From Paraspadella gotoi (taxonomy: Eukaryota; Animalia; Chaetognatha), in assembly GCA_051294375.1 (NCBI GenBank), contig CM119266.1, forward strand, positions 20,500,990 through 20,564,779: a stretch of DNA of 63,790 nt, given 5' to 3'. The position numbers and the translations under genes are program-made. This document shows positions 1-13,170 of the stretch, in pieces. The stretch's first letter is position 1. Each line of letters starts with the position of its first letter. The notes beneath the pieces are model-generated. The model was not told where the DNA came from, searched no databases, and saw nothing but the letters and a program-made list of their open reading frames with translations.

Positions 1-694
1 ATTGGGGCTGGGGATTGGAGATGGGGATGAGCAAGGGGGAAAAGGTTGTCGGCCTGTCGGGTTAGAAGATGTAGAAATAGATGGAGAATCGGGGGGAGGA
101 GTAATGGAGGAAAAGAGATGGAGAAAGAGTGAAAGAAAATAGAGAGGGAATCGGGGATGATGTTTAAAGACGGAGATGGCGAATGCAGATGGGAGAGAGA
201 AACGGGGGATGAGTGGCCGACTTCTTCTCTTCTTTCTCAGTCTATTTCATCATCTTCGCTGTCGATATTTAGTCGTCGTTGTTGTTGTCGTCGTCGTCGA
301 CGCAGCAGCCGTCGTTCCTCTCGTCGTCGTCATGGTCGTCGTCGTCGTCGTCGTCACGGAGGAAGTGATCTCGTTCCTTCCCTTTTTCCCTCCGTCGTTA
401 TTGCCGCGTATCGCGGGCTCGGTTTATGGCTAAATGATCATGTGATCCCAGGAACATGTGATTCTTGGGAAAAGTTCACATTAGATTTTCCACCCTACTC
501 CCTCGTCCACCTCATCAGTCACCACCCTCCCTATCCCCTTTTCCACCCAACCCCCTCGACCACCTAACCACCCTCACTGCCTCCTTTTCCACCCTCTCCG
601 CTTCGCTTCTCCTTCGCCACATTTCATCGTGAAAGATGTTTTACTTGAAATGGTCGTCGCCATTCGAATATATTTCCTATTTTCCCTCTCGGAA

Positions 695-1125
695 CAACTC
701 TATAACTTACTTTTCGGTCGGTCGGTCTATCCTACTAATAATTTTACTGCTATATCAATTATGTTTATTGAGTATGAAGGTCAGGTACCATGAGACTTTT
801 GATGTATTTTTATACTTGTGAAGTCGCATGATATTTTTAAAAATTTAATAAAACTCACAAAATACAGAATGATTTTAAGTAATACTTGGCAGACTAGTAA
901 GGTATGAGTAAATTATTTCATACTTGTTTAGTCACGTAACTCTGCAGAATTATAGTCACGTGATTCTAAATTAATTTATACAATATTTTGTATAATATTT
1001 GGTCATTTTAGTTTTGCGGACAAATGATATATATTTTATTGTTATATAGTTACGTGATTACCCGGAAATACACGTAAAAAGAAAGTTACTGGGGCGCAAC
1101 ACATTGGATTCACCGTTGGTGTTTT
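695..1125 (+). mobile_element. Helentron-associated non-autonomous element (HINE/DINE-1-like), copy 1
   Basis: CAACTCTATAAC followed by (GTCG)n at the 5' part. The 3' end GGCGCAACACATTGGATTCACCGTTGGTGTT matches the reverse complement of the ends at 7485 and 30015. Internal TCACGTGA-like motifs. Confidence 0.65.
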
Positions 1126-2051
1126 TATACATTTTAGCACAACTCTTAACATTATTTTTTCTCAAAAATTTCGCTATTTATTCGATTTCTGAGCGAAGGC
1201 GTTTTCTTTTTCCACGAAGTCGTTTCAATCATAATTCTCTTTTTTTTTTTTTGACAAAACATAAACTTTTTCGAGAAAATTTTTAAATTCGTCTGCGCGT
1301 TTTAAGTCTTCGCCGTGGAATTTTTATTTAGCCAAAGTGGTAAGGGAGTTTTGGGTAAGGAGCGGAGGGGCGGGCCGGGNNNNNNNNNNNNNNNNNNNNN
1401 NNNNNNNNNNNNNNNNNNNNNNNNNNNNNNNNNNNNNNNNNNNNNNNNNNNNNNNNNNNNNNNNNNNNNNNNNNNNNNNNNNNNNNNNNNNNNNNNNNNN
1501 NNNNNNNNNNNNNNNNNNNNNNNNNNNNNNTGTGTCATTCCGTTAAAGTCTCAACTCCCGTATTTTTTTCTTGTGTTATTCTTTTCATTTTTTTTGCGAG
1601 TGACTCCGTTGTCATATTTCACTCGGAGGCGCGAATCGCCAAAAGTGGGAATCGATCCAAGCGGAAAAAAAGAAGAAGATGAGAAGGAAAAATAAAAGGA
1701 AGGAGAAAAGAAGATTAGGTAAAGAAATAAAAGGAAGGAGAGAAGAAGAGAAGAAAAGAATAATTGAAGAAGTGTCCGGGAAGTCGGGGCAACAGCAGTT
1801 GGAACCGTCGGTTGACGGTGAAGATAACGACGACGACGACGACGACAATGACGACGAAAAAAACAACGAGGAGCGAGACGAAGAATAATCAAAGACGCTG
1901 CTCTTGCCAAATTGAGTTAATCTGCACTCATTACGCCTTTTTTGTATACATACTTGGTTTTCCTTACTCCGATGGACTCAGTACGCAAAGACTCAGTGTT
2001 TATGCGGTTGTATTTCTGCGTCGTTTGTCTTTTGTTCAAAANNNNNNNNNN

Positions 2052-2320
2052 GTTAGAGATTAGGTTAAGTTAGGTTAGTAAGATTAAGTTAATAATTAAA
2101 GCTAGGGATTAGGGTTAGGAATTTAAGTTAAGGGTAAAGGGTTAGGCTTAAAGTTTAAGGATCAGCATTTAGGCTTAAGGATTATGTTAGGGATTAGAGT
2201 TAGAAATTATGGTTAGGGATTAAGTTATAGGTTTAAAAATAAGTTAAGTTTAAATATTTAGGTAAAAATTAAGTTCAGCGGTTAAGGAATATAAATGGGA
2301 AGCTTACGGAAAAGAGAGCC
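2052..2320. mobile_element. Telomere-repeat MITE family copy, opposite orientation, left end lost in an N gap
   Basis: Degenerate TTAGGG tract ending AAGGAATATAAATGGGAAGCTTACGGAAAAGAGAGCC, the reverse complement of the family head. Confidence 0.6.
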
Positions 2321-3125
2321 GACTTTGGCTTTGACTTTCTTTTTCTATTTTTTTTTTCTTTTTCACTTTTTCGTCCTAAAGAGACGATGGCCTTGGAAAG
2401 GCGGAAAATATTTGACGACCCAATCGGGGCGAACTCGCGACGGCGCAGTCCCTCGCCACCTTCGGGCGCTCTCTCTCTCTCTCTCTCTNNNNNNNNNNNN
2501 NNNNNNNNNNNNNNNNNNNNNNNNNNNNNNNNNNNNNNNNNNNNNNNNNNNNNNNNNNNNNNNNNNNNNNNNNNNNNNNNNNNNNNNNNNNNNNNNNNNN
2601 NNNNNNNNNNNNNNNNTCTCTCTCTCTCTCTCTCTCTCTCTAACCCCCTCTAAGAGAGGTGGTCGTGATGCCGACGTCGATGTGGTCGTCGGTGTTGAAG
2701 AGCGACGTCGAGCGGCGTCGCGGGGTGGACGAGTAGTTTTTGCGGTGCCCTTGGGGGTCNNNNNNNNNNNNNNNNNNNNNNNNNNNNNNNNNNNNNNNNN
2801 NNNNNNNNNNNNNNNNNNNNNNNNNNNNNNNNNNNNNNNNNNNNNNNNNNNNNNNNNNNNNNNNNNNNNNNNNNNNNNNNNNNNNNNNNNNNNNNNNNNN
2901 NNNNNNNNNNNNNNNNNNNNNNNNNNNNNNNNNNNNNNNNNNNNNNNNNNNNNNNNNNNNNNNNNNNNNNNNNNNNNNNNNNNNNNNNTTGTGAAGCCCA
3001 TTCGACTTCGCTTTGTTTTTTACCTCCGAGTCGAAACTCATGTTTTGTCCTGGTTGTCGTCGTCCTCGTGGTTGTCGTCGTCGTCCTCGTGGTTGTCGTC
3101 GTCGTCGTCGTCGTCGTCGTCGTCC

Positions 3126-3685
3126 TCGTTTTATTCTTTGTTCGTTTTTTTTCTCTCTCTATTCATTTTATCTCTTTGGGTTTAAAAAAGGCGGGAGTTG
3201 TTTGATTGTCTCTTGTCTCATTGGCCTTAATTTTCTAATTCTTTATTACATAAAGGTAGTATGTGTTTATCTTGTTTATATATGGTAGTGCGTGATATAA
3301 TTTTGTCTTGATTTTGCCTGAAACTACGCTGTCGTCGTAGTTGTTTTCCATTTTCGCGTTTATCGTGCGGTTTTGCCACGAACGTATTTTCTGCAGAAAG
3401 AATATTGAGTGGAAACGAGAAATATCGCGTAATCCGATCTCATGTAAGATTAGCTTTCGGTTATTTTGACTGTCTTTTCTTATTTCTTTCTCTCTTTTTC
3501 TATTTCTCTCTTTGTTTATTTGTTTGTTTGTTNNNNNNNNNNNNNNNNNNNNNNNNNAAAAAAGAAGAAAAAAAAGAAAGAAAGAAAGAAGAAAGAAGAA
3601 AGAAAGAAGAAGAAAAAGAAGAAAGAAAAAAAGAAAGAAAATAAATAATAATAAATAAAAAATAAATAAATAAATAAATAAATAA

Positions 3686-3720
<35 letters not shown>

Positions 3721-3779
3721 AAATAAATAAATAAATAATACAGAAAGAAAGGAAAGAAAGAAAGAAAGAAAGAAAGAAA

Positions 3780-3812
<33 letters not shown>

Positions 3813-4209
3813 AACAAACAACAAATAAACAAAGAGAGAAATAGAAAAAGAGAGAAAGAATAAGAAAAGACAGTCAAAATAACCGAAAGTAATCTTACAT
3901 GAGAATCGGATTACGCGATTTTTCTCGTTTCACTCAATATTCTTTCTGCAGAAAATACGTTCGTGGCAAAACCGCACGATAAACGCGAAAATGGAAAACA
4001 ACTAGACGACAGCGTAGTTTAGGCAAAAATCAAGACAAAATTATATCACGCACTACAATATATAAACAAGATAAACACATACTACCTTTATGGAATAAAG
4101 AATTAGAAAATTAAGGCAATGAGACAAGAGACAATCAAACAACTCCCGCCTTTTTAATCCAAGAGATAAAATGAATAAGAGAGAAAAAACGAAAAAAAGA
4201 ATAAAACGA
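3126..4209. repeat. Long inverted repeat, ~400 bp arms (3126-3532 and 3812-4209) around a gap and microsatellite spacer
   Basis: The right arm is the reverse complement of the left (e.g. AAGGCGGGAGTTGTTTGATTGTCTCTTGTCTCATT / AATGAGACAAGAGACAATCAAACAACTCCCGCCTT) with scattered single-base deletions. Confidence 0.9.
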
Positions 4210-7153
4210 CATTCTTTCGCAGTATCAGTAATTCCTCAGGCTTCTCTTCATTTCTTTCATTTCGACGACTTTCGGTGACTTTCTTTCCCTTCGATTCCTT
4301 TCACTCTCTTTTCCTTACCTCCTTTTTTTCCCTTTCCTCCTTTTTTTTTCCTTTCCTCTTTTTTTTCACATTTCCCCCCTTTTTTATTGCAATTAATGAG
4401 TTTAGCTTCCTTTTTTATTCTCTCGGATCAGATTTAATCCGAAGGCGAGCGGCGACGTCAGCTCTCCATCTGGCTCCGGAATTTCCTCCTCAAATGCGGA
4501 AAGATTTGCGGATCGATGACGATTGTTAAGGAAAGATTTGGCGTCGGAGGTGGAAAGATTTAAAGAATTGAGAAAAAAAATTGGTTTGATTATTGAAACA
4601 AATTTCGCGTCTGCTCTTTCCGGTTTCCGCTTCGCCGACGCCGCCTTTAATTCCGGGAAGATTTCCACATCTGCAACCGGCATCGTTGCGGAAGCTAAAT
4701 CTTGTGTCGGTCGGGCTCTCGCCTCTCTCGCGCCCATTGTAAAGAGGCATCTGTATCCAATCCCGCCTTCATTGCGGCATCTGTTATCGCGCCCGCGTCT
4801 CGGGGGTTGGCGCCGAAGCATCTGTCGTCGTCGTCGTCGTCGTTGTTTCCACGTCAGGCGCCGCATCTGTTAACTCACGAGAGATTCTAGGATTTTTCTC
4901 GGAGGAAAAATCATTTGGAGACAACAAAACCAGCAACGACGGGACTGCGCAGAAAAAAAAAATGGCCATGAAAATAACAACAACAACAATTTTGAGGAGG
5001 TTGGAGAGAAAGAAAATAGTTTCATGTCGGCGGATATTTCGTTTCGAAAACGAAAAAGGTAGAGAATCTCATCCAAAGGTAAATAGACTAAAATTCGATG
5101 TCAACGACTGGAGAATATTCATAAATAGAATTGATAAAAGTGCTTTTTTTCGAGCTGAAAGCTTTCACATTTTACAAGCACATTCTTCACTGGGAAAGCT
5201 GCTACCAAGGTTATTTTTTTTAAAAGAAAGTTGCTAAACACACGGTTTTTTAAAGCGAAACTATTAATGGTGACAACATCTACGCATAAAAAAACCCGTA
5301 AAAAATGCTATCATTTCTCTTAATGAAATCAACACAACTGCTGTCATTCGCTATTTCTCCGAAAGAACGAGCGTCACCAACGTCAGCAACACGATCAGGG
5401 GGCGCCCTTTCGTCGTCAAACGTCAGCGGAACTCGATCCCGATGCGTCATCCGTTGCTAAAAGATAATAAACTCGAAGCGTGAGAAATTAAATTAGATAA
5501 ATTTCATAAAAATATAACCGAATCAAAATCGCAATTCTNNNNNNNNNNNNNNNNNNNNNNNNNNNNNNNNNNNNNNNNNNNNNNNNNNNNNNNNNNNNNN
5601 NNNNNNNNNNNNNNNNNNNNNNNNNNNNNNNNNNNNNNNNNNNNNNNNNNNNNNNNNNNNNNNNNNNNNNNNNNNNNNNNNNNNNNNNNNNNNNNNNNNN
5701 NNNNNNNNNNNNNNNNNNNNNNNNNNNNNNNNNNNNNNNNNNNNNNNNNNNNNNNNNNNNNNNNNNNNNNNNNNNNNNNNNNNNNNNNNNNNNNNNNNNN
5801 NNNNNNNNNNNNNNNNNNNNNNNNNNNNNNNNNNNNNNNNNNNNNNNNNNNNNNNNNNNNNNNNNNNNNNNNNNNNNNNNNNNNNNNNNNNNNNNNNNNN
5901 NNNNNNNNNNNNNNNNNNNNNNNNNNNNNNNNNNNNNNNNNNNNNNNNNNNNNNNNNNNNNNNNNNNNNNNNNNNNNNNNNNNNNNNNNNNNNNNNNNNN
6001 NNNNNNNNNNNNNNNNNNNNNNNNNNNNNNNNNNNNNNNNNNNNNNNNNNNNNNNNNNNNNNNNNNNNNNNNNNNNNNNNNNNNNNNNNNNNNNNNNNNN
6101 NNNNNNNNNNNNNNNNNNNNNNNNNNNNNNNNNNNNNNNNNNNNNNNNNNNNNNNNNNNNNNNNNNNNNNNNNNNNNNNNNNNNNNNNNNNNNNNNNNNN
6201 NNNNNNNNNNNNNNNNNNNNNNNNNNNNNNNNNNNNNNNNNNNNNNNNNNNNNNNNNNNNNNNNNNNNNNNNNNNNNNNNNNNNNNNNNNNNNNNNNNNN
6301 NNNNNNNNNNNNNNNNNNNNNNNNNNNNNNNNNNNNNNNNNNNNNNNNNNNNNNNNNNNNNNNNNNCTCTCTCTCTCTCTTTCTCTATCATCTTTCCATT
6401 ATTTTCCTTTTTGTTTTTCTCTACTATTCTATTTATCCTCACATTTTTTTTCTGATATGATAAAAACGAATCAATTAAATTATCTAAAACAGAAAATAAA
6501 ACGGAATAAAGCAAAACTGAAACTATGATAGAAAAGAAGCAGGGAAAAAATGGTCGGAAAGACGGATCTAATTAAGGAAGAAAAAAAGGAAAGAAGGCAA
6601 AAAAAAAGGAAAGAAAGTCAAAAGAGGAATGAAGGAATTGTGAAATGGTTTAAGTAAAAAAGTAAAAAGAAAAAGAGAAATGAGTAGACGGACTAATGCG
6701 AGAAATGAAAAGGAAAAAAAAAGAATTTGCAAAGTAGAAGTAAAGAAATCTATACTTTGATGCTAGTACGTAGTACAATACTAGCGTGCAGAGTCCTGCA
6801 ATGTAATTTCCAAGTAAGATTACTAAGAAGGATGGAGTCATTGACACATCCTACCCAATCCATGGGGAAGATAACTTATTTATTAAATTTTATTTTAATT
6901 TTTAAAAAATTTATTAAATTTTATGGAGAGATTGGACTCGAGAAACGAAAAAGAGAGTGACTGACTTATTGACTGACAGACTGATAGACTGCCTGACAGA
7001 CTGACTTACTGACAGAGTAAACGCGGTAAATCGAACGAATTCTTTTTTGGGAGGAAATTCGAAGAAAGAGGGAGGTGGCGAGGCTTAAATGGATAAATGA
7101 GAGCAGAGAGCACGAGAGGGGAAAAAAAAGAAGCCGGCGATAACGAGGCAGCC

Positions 7154-7254
<101 letters not shown>

Positions 7255-7484
7255 CCCATTCCGCACAGCCGTACAGCGAGATCCCTTAATCTTTTATCCC
7301 TTTCGCCAAATATTCTTCGTTTTTTTTCTTCTCTTGTGGAGGAAAATAAAAAGAAAAGTCGAGGAAGCAAAAAAAAGGAGGAAATGGAAAAGGAAATAAA
7401 AGGAGGAAAGAAATAAAGGGTTTGGATTGTGAAGGAAAAGCACTGGAGAGAAAATAAAAGAAAAGGAGAAGAGAGACGAAACAG

Positions 7485-7824
7485 AACAAGATCGGTCCAT
7501 CCAATGTGTTGCGCCACACTGACTTTCTTTTCATATGTATTTCCCTGTGATCACATGACTACATGACTTGGAAATTTATGTACATAACAAACGTCTTTAT
7601 ATTGCATTTGTAGTTATGGCACACACTGTAATTCCGTCTTTTATTCTTTATAGTTTTAGGATTTCCCGAAGGCGGCGCTAGCAGTCACTTAGATTTGAGA
7701 ATGAAAAATCAATTATAGACGAGTTATGAGCATTTTTAAGGTATGTAGGACTAACCGACGGACAGACATACCGACCGACAGATCGACCGACCGACCAACC
7801 GAGTTCTCGTGGCGCAGCTAAAAA
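7485..7824 (-). mobile_element. HINE/DINE-1-like element, copy 2
   Basis: One end is AACAAGATCGGTCCATCCAATGTGTTGCGCCA and the other is (GACC)n...TGGCGCAGCTAAAAA. Shares CGAGTTATGA(G/A)CATTTTTA with copy 3. Confidence 0.65.
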
Positions 7825-8985
7825 GGAAGAGAAAAGAAAATGAAAGCAGCAAAGTTGGGACAAAGTGAGTCACGGGTGAGGTCTCCCTCTCGTCCGCTGC
7901 TCCATTTCGCAGCAGCCAAGTCTCGACCCGCGGTTACGGTTTAAGAGTTAACCTCACCTTTTTTGGTGAATCGGTGAGGAGGAGGAGGAGGAGGAGGAGG
8001 AGGAGGAGGAGGAGGAGGAGGTGGGGTGGGGGAACAGAGGTGTTTTTTTTCCTTCAACTTTTATGACCAAAGCGGGAAACTGAAAGCAAAAAAAAATCCT
8101 CTTACGGAAACTAGACACGGCTCAATGCTCAATTCCAAAGGGGAGTTTTTATTTTTTTTTTTGCTTCGCCGCAACGATTGGTTTTAGAAGGACATGTTCG
8201 TCAAACGTGGTTTGGATTCACGGACTGCGGGGCCGCTTCACTAAACAATTTGGGCCCTTGGTTGTTGTCATTAGTTTTGAACCTATGAAGCGAACCTCCC
8301 GAGTTATTTATCGCTCGCGGTGACGAGGAAACCAGAAAAGGTCGAACGACGAAGGAGAAACATCAAAAAACAGACGCGGTCGCCATGGAGACCAGAACGG
8401 CGCTCGAGCGGAGACGATACTTTGGCGCTAATGGAATGACGTGGGTTGACTCGGAGGCGCTTAAGAGGGGACGGGTCCAGTGGCGCCAAAGTGGGCGCGA
8501 GAGGGCATTGTCTGAGTCTCGGTCAGAATGCCTTGATTGACTGAAGATTAGACATGATGGCTCAAAGACGAAAAGATGAGAGTTGAATTGCAATTTCAAA
8601 GTCAATTGATTCCCCGGGCGAAAACGTTTCGTACGAAACGGACCAAAGTTTTGTAAGTAAAGTTGAAGAGAAATCAGGATTTTTAAAAAGTTTCATCTAA
8701 TGTAGATTCAGAACGAGTTGTTATTGCTGTCAACTGCGGTTTGTCCAAAGCAGTTAGTTATAATCCATAAATTATCCCCGCTACGATTGTACCTAGTAAG
8801 TGAGTAGCCGTATGTTCGCAACGAGCATTCCTTAAACCTGGAGCCCAAGGACCCATTCCTAGTCTGGAGACAAAAGTCAACAGAAAAATTCAGTCGCGGA
8901 AAAAAAATGGGATAATAAAAAAATAATTCTACTACAAAATTTACGACAGAAAATAGAGAAAAACCAACGGCTGAACAAAAGAAGC

Positions 8986-9030
<45 letters not shown>

Positions 9031-10094
9031 AGAGAAGAGAGAGAGAGAGAGAGAAGCAAGAGAAGAAGAGAGAGAGACGAGAGTAATAAGAAAAGAAGTA
9101 AAAAAAAGGAAAAACCATCAGGAGGCAGAAAAATCAGGTGGTTGGGTGATTCCTTTGTCTCGACTCTGAATGAATATTTGAGAAGCGGGGATGCGAGAGA
9201 CGCCAACGATTCCAGGGATGAGGATGTATCGAGAAAAGATGGAGCGAGATAGAGAGGGAGTGACGACGACCTTCGACGGAGAAGGACTGGGAGACAGATG
9301 GCGCGCGACGCGGGGGGGGGGCGAAAAAGATGCGAGGAATTCGAAGATGAAAGTTAAAGAGACAGATGGGGAAAGGGGAAGACGAGGCTTGGAACGAGAG
9401 AGACAGAGACATAGACAAGCATCACGATGTATGGGAGGTACTGTGCACAGTGCACAGTGCACACTGCACAGTGGGTGAAAGCGAAGTGCGGAATGAAGGA
9501 AGAGGAAGAAGAAAGAAAAACGGCGACAAATCCCGACCCGGATTCGTTTGCTAATTAGTCGCAGCCAGAAAAAAAAAAAACCCGAATCGTGAAATTTCTC
9601 TTTTGTTTCTCTTTTTAAGTTAAAAATTGAAAAAAAAAGAAAGAATTTTGGAATTGGACTCACCAGAGGGAGATGGAGTCGTTAAAGGCGGTGGCGAAGA
9701 TGTTCCTAGTCGAGATGTCGCCGGAGAAAACTTTTTTTGTTTACTTTCAAGTTTGATTAGATTCGTTCTATTTTCTTATTTTTAACGTAAACTTTGTCAA
9801 ACGCAATGTTAGCTGGATAGAAATAATTATGATTATAAATTTATAAGTATAATTTTTTATTTTTAATATATTTATTACAATTATTATGATACAATATAAA
9901 AAATATAACTATAAACAAATAAATAAATATAATATATATAAATAAATATAAATATAATTATAAAATTATTTTTTCTATAAATTTCTTAAGGTGGCTATTT
10001 ATGAATAAACTTCTCTATATAAATCCTTCTTTAAATAGAGCTTCCTCTCGATTTTAGAGCTCGAAATGAACTAAGTTCGTGGGTGGTTCATAAA

Positions 10095-10129
<35 letters not shown>

Positions 10130-13095
10130 GTTTTCCTTTTTACGTTTAAATCCAAATGCAGAGCAGAAGTGAAAAATACAATTTTCTTTTTTTCATTGAA
10201 TTTTTTACTCGGTTTTTTTTTTGTGAGTCCGGAAAGGAAAAGGCAATTATGAACGGATAAGACACGAAACGGGGAACGAGACGAGAGAGAGAGAGAGAGG
10301 AGAGGAGAGAGAGAGAGAGAGAGAGAAGAGAGAAGAGACGGTAGAGAGAGAGAGAGGAGGTTAGACGAAAGGTCGGCCAAGGCGAGAAACGGAATTTCAC
10401 TCCTTTTTTTTTCGTCCCAAACGAAGGAATGAATATTTTGTTTGTTTATTTATTTTCAGTTATTTTTTTTCTCTTTCCGTTTTTTTTCCCTTGGCTGAAA
10501 ATCCCGTTTATCTGAAAGTAAATACAAATTATTTTGTTAAAGCTGAGGGCAAATCAATGTGAAAGACGGAATATGTTAAGTTGGGTGTCTCCCTTTACTT
10601 TTATTAGTTTTCACACTGTTGTGTAGATTTTTCGGAATTCAGCCGTTCAATTAGTTTGTGTTAAAGTTTGTTTTCACGTCAAACACGGTTCATTGATTTT
10701 TAAAATAAACGAACATAAATGACGATTAGTTTTAGACTTTTAATTAAATTCAGACGTCATTTTTTGATTCGGTGACTTCGAAGTCACTTGAATTCGTCCT
10801 TTTGTCACTGAATGATTGTACGACTATCACTGAGCTCCGCAGCCCGCCTCCGCGCCAGGCTCCGCAGCCGGGCTCCCCGCTTGGCCCCGCACGTTTCCAC
10901 ATTCGCGCCGTTCGCCTCTCTTCGCGTCCACGGCGTTGTCGGCGTTGTCGGCGTTGTCGGCGTCGTTTGTCGCCCGATTTTCCCTCAGAAAACGTGATTC
11001 AATTTTCTCTTTACAAATTCAATTTTTCTTCTCTACTTTTGCTTCATTTTTCTTTCATTTGTTTCCCCATTCTTTTCTTTTCATTCTCTCCCCTCTCGAT
11101 TCGGACCAAAATATTATTTCCTCTTCGACTTTTTTGGGCTTTTCTTTTTTGGATAAAACGAGTTTATTTCTATTTTTTCTCTCCAAGTCAATTCATGTAC
11201 TTTTCTTTTTCTCTCTCTTTTTCTGACGTCGAAACTCAGTTTAAAGAAAGACTTTTTTTTCCTATTTTCTATTTTCTATTTTCAACTTCTTTGACTTTGG
11301 TTCTCAACCTGTTTTCTTTTTTTCTTTTTTTTTTCTTTTTTTCCTTTTTTTTCCTCGCTCTTGTTTTGACGTTTTTTCTCTTCTTTTCCCCCATTTCCTT
11401 ATTTTAATTGTTTTTCATCCTTTTTTTTCCTCTCACATTTTCCACTATTTTTCCTAATTTCCTGCCTGTCGGGGAGATATAGACTTCTTTTTTATTTTTC
11501 CGCCCCAAAAAAGCTGAAATAAAAGTTAAACAGTTAAACGAAAATAATCGTGTTCAATTTCGTTCTTACGTACATGATTTTCTTAGAATAAACTCATGCA
11601 TGATTGTAATCTGTTGGGTCACCACTCACCAGCCTCAAAGCCATTTTATCAATCATTACTTTTATTTGTTTAATCCGTTTTCCTTGATCAAGAATGGTGA
11701 AGGGAGTCTCTCACTGAAATACATTTGCGTCTAATGACGACGACGACGACAACGACGACGACGATTGCAACGGCCATGACGGGGAACATTATTGACGATT
11801 CGACGAAAAAGGAAATTCTTTGTGTTGATGTCTGCGCCGGGGAAATTATTCTTGAGCGGGGAAACGATGTCGTCGTTGAAGACGTTGTCGTCGTCGTCGT
11901 CGTCGTCGTCGGCCCCTCTTTGTGTTGACGATTGAAAAGAGTTACTTTGATGTCAACAAACGGAAGTCGGAAGAATCAAGGACGAATTTAGGGGAAGAAA
12001 TTAAAAAAACTGGAGGGGGGGGAATAGTGAGAGTAAGAATGGGGGGAGGAGGTTGTGAAGTTTCCTTTATCTTCACGCCCAAAACGAAGCGTCGCCCGTT
12101 CAAATATTTAATCGTAAAACGAATAATTATGAGTTGAGCCGTGAGTTTCACAGAGAAGTCAATGTAACAAAGATACTGACCAGGATAATAACCAAATTAA
12201 AAGGAAGGGCGAGGCATATCTTTGTACAGAGGTGTTAGGGGAGTGAGATGGAATAAAGGGACGGAAGAGAATACGATGATATATGAGCTGAAGTTAAAGG
12301 AATTGAGAAAGGTAACAGGAGCGATGCTGTTTGGGACGGGGTTGAGAAGAAAAACTGGGTAAGGAGTGATATGAGAGCCGAGAAAAAGGGGAAGACATTT
12401 TAAAGTAAAACTGAAAAAAAAAAGCGGAAAAGTGATTATCAAAACAGAGAATGCATAATGGATTAAGAGATGGAAATAAAAAGAGAAAGACGATGACAAG
12501 AAGAGAAAAAAAATAGAATAAAGATCGCAAAGGAAAAGGGGAAAAAAAAGTAGGTTAAATGAGACTAAAAAATGAGACGAGGAAAAAGACTGAATGAAAA
12601 ATGAAGTACCATAAAAATGGTCAAAGGGAACACTTGAGAAATAAGAATNNNNNNNNNNTCACAAATACCATCAAAAATAAGAAGATACGTAACATATTAC
12701 AAGAATGACAAGATGCTTTGTTTTTCAAAATAGAGATAATTAGGTAACCAGGTAAAACAAGTAAAACAGCGCAATTGAAAAACAACTTCATCCAAAGTTT
12801 GATTAAACTATTTAAAGACAAATAGACAAATATAGAGTTAAACAGAGGGAATTACGTAAAAAAGGTTTTCTGAAGTCTAATTTTTAAAAAGTAAACAAAG
12901 CTTTCATATTTGTATGAAACAAACTGTTAAGAAGACGTTAATGTAGTAGTAGTTTTTGTTTTGCTCGACAGAAAAGACGGGCTATCACAGAAAAACCAGA
13001 AGCCGACAAGCATTTAAAAGATCCGTGACAGGAAAAAATAATAAATACTGAATGAGACTGGGGAAGTGGGAAAGAGAGAGAGAGAGAGAGAGAAG

Positions 13096-13170
<75 letters not shown>

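Noticed and set aside
4402-4866. 154 aa minus-strand ORF starting right after a CAG
   Set aside because: No recognisable motif, partly microsatellite, and no linked exons in a consistent phase. It cannot be excluded without RNA data.
7958-9730. Exon-like segments on the minus strand (8079-7958 and ~9730-9664) with AG/GTGAG boundaries
   Set aside because: Short, no recognisable peptide and phases not shown to join. They may be UTR exons but cannot be supported.
11690-11970. Minus-strand frame resembling a Thr-rich stalk, TM segment and RRK
   Set aside because: The poly-Thr and poly-Val come from (ACG)/(GTC) microsatellites. There is an upstream stop and no start or acceptor.
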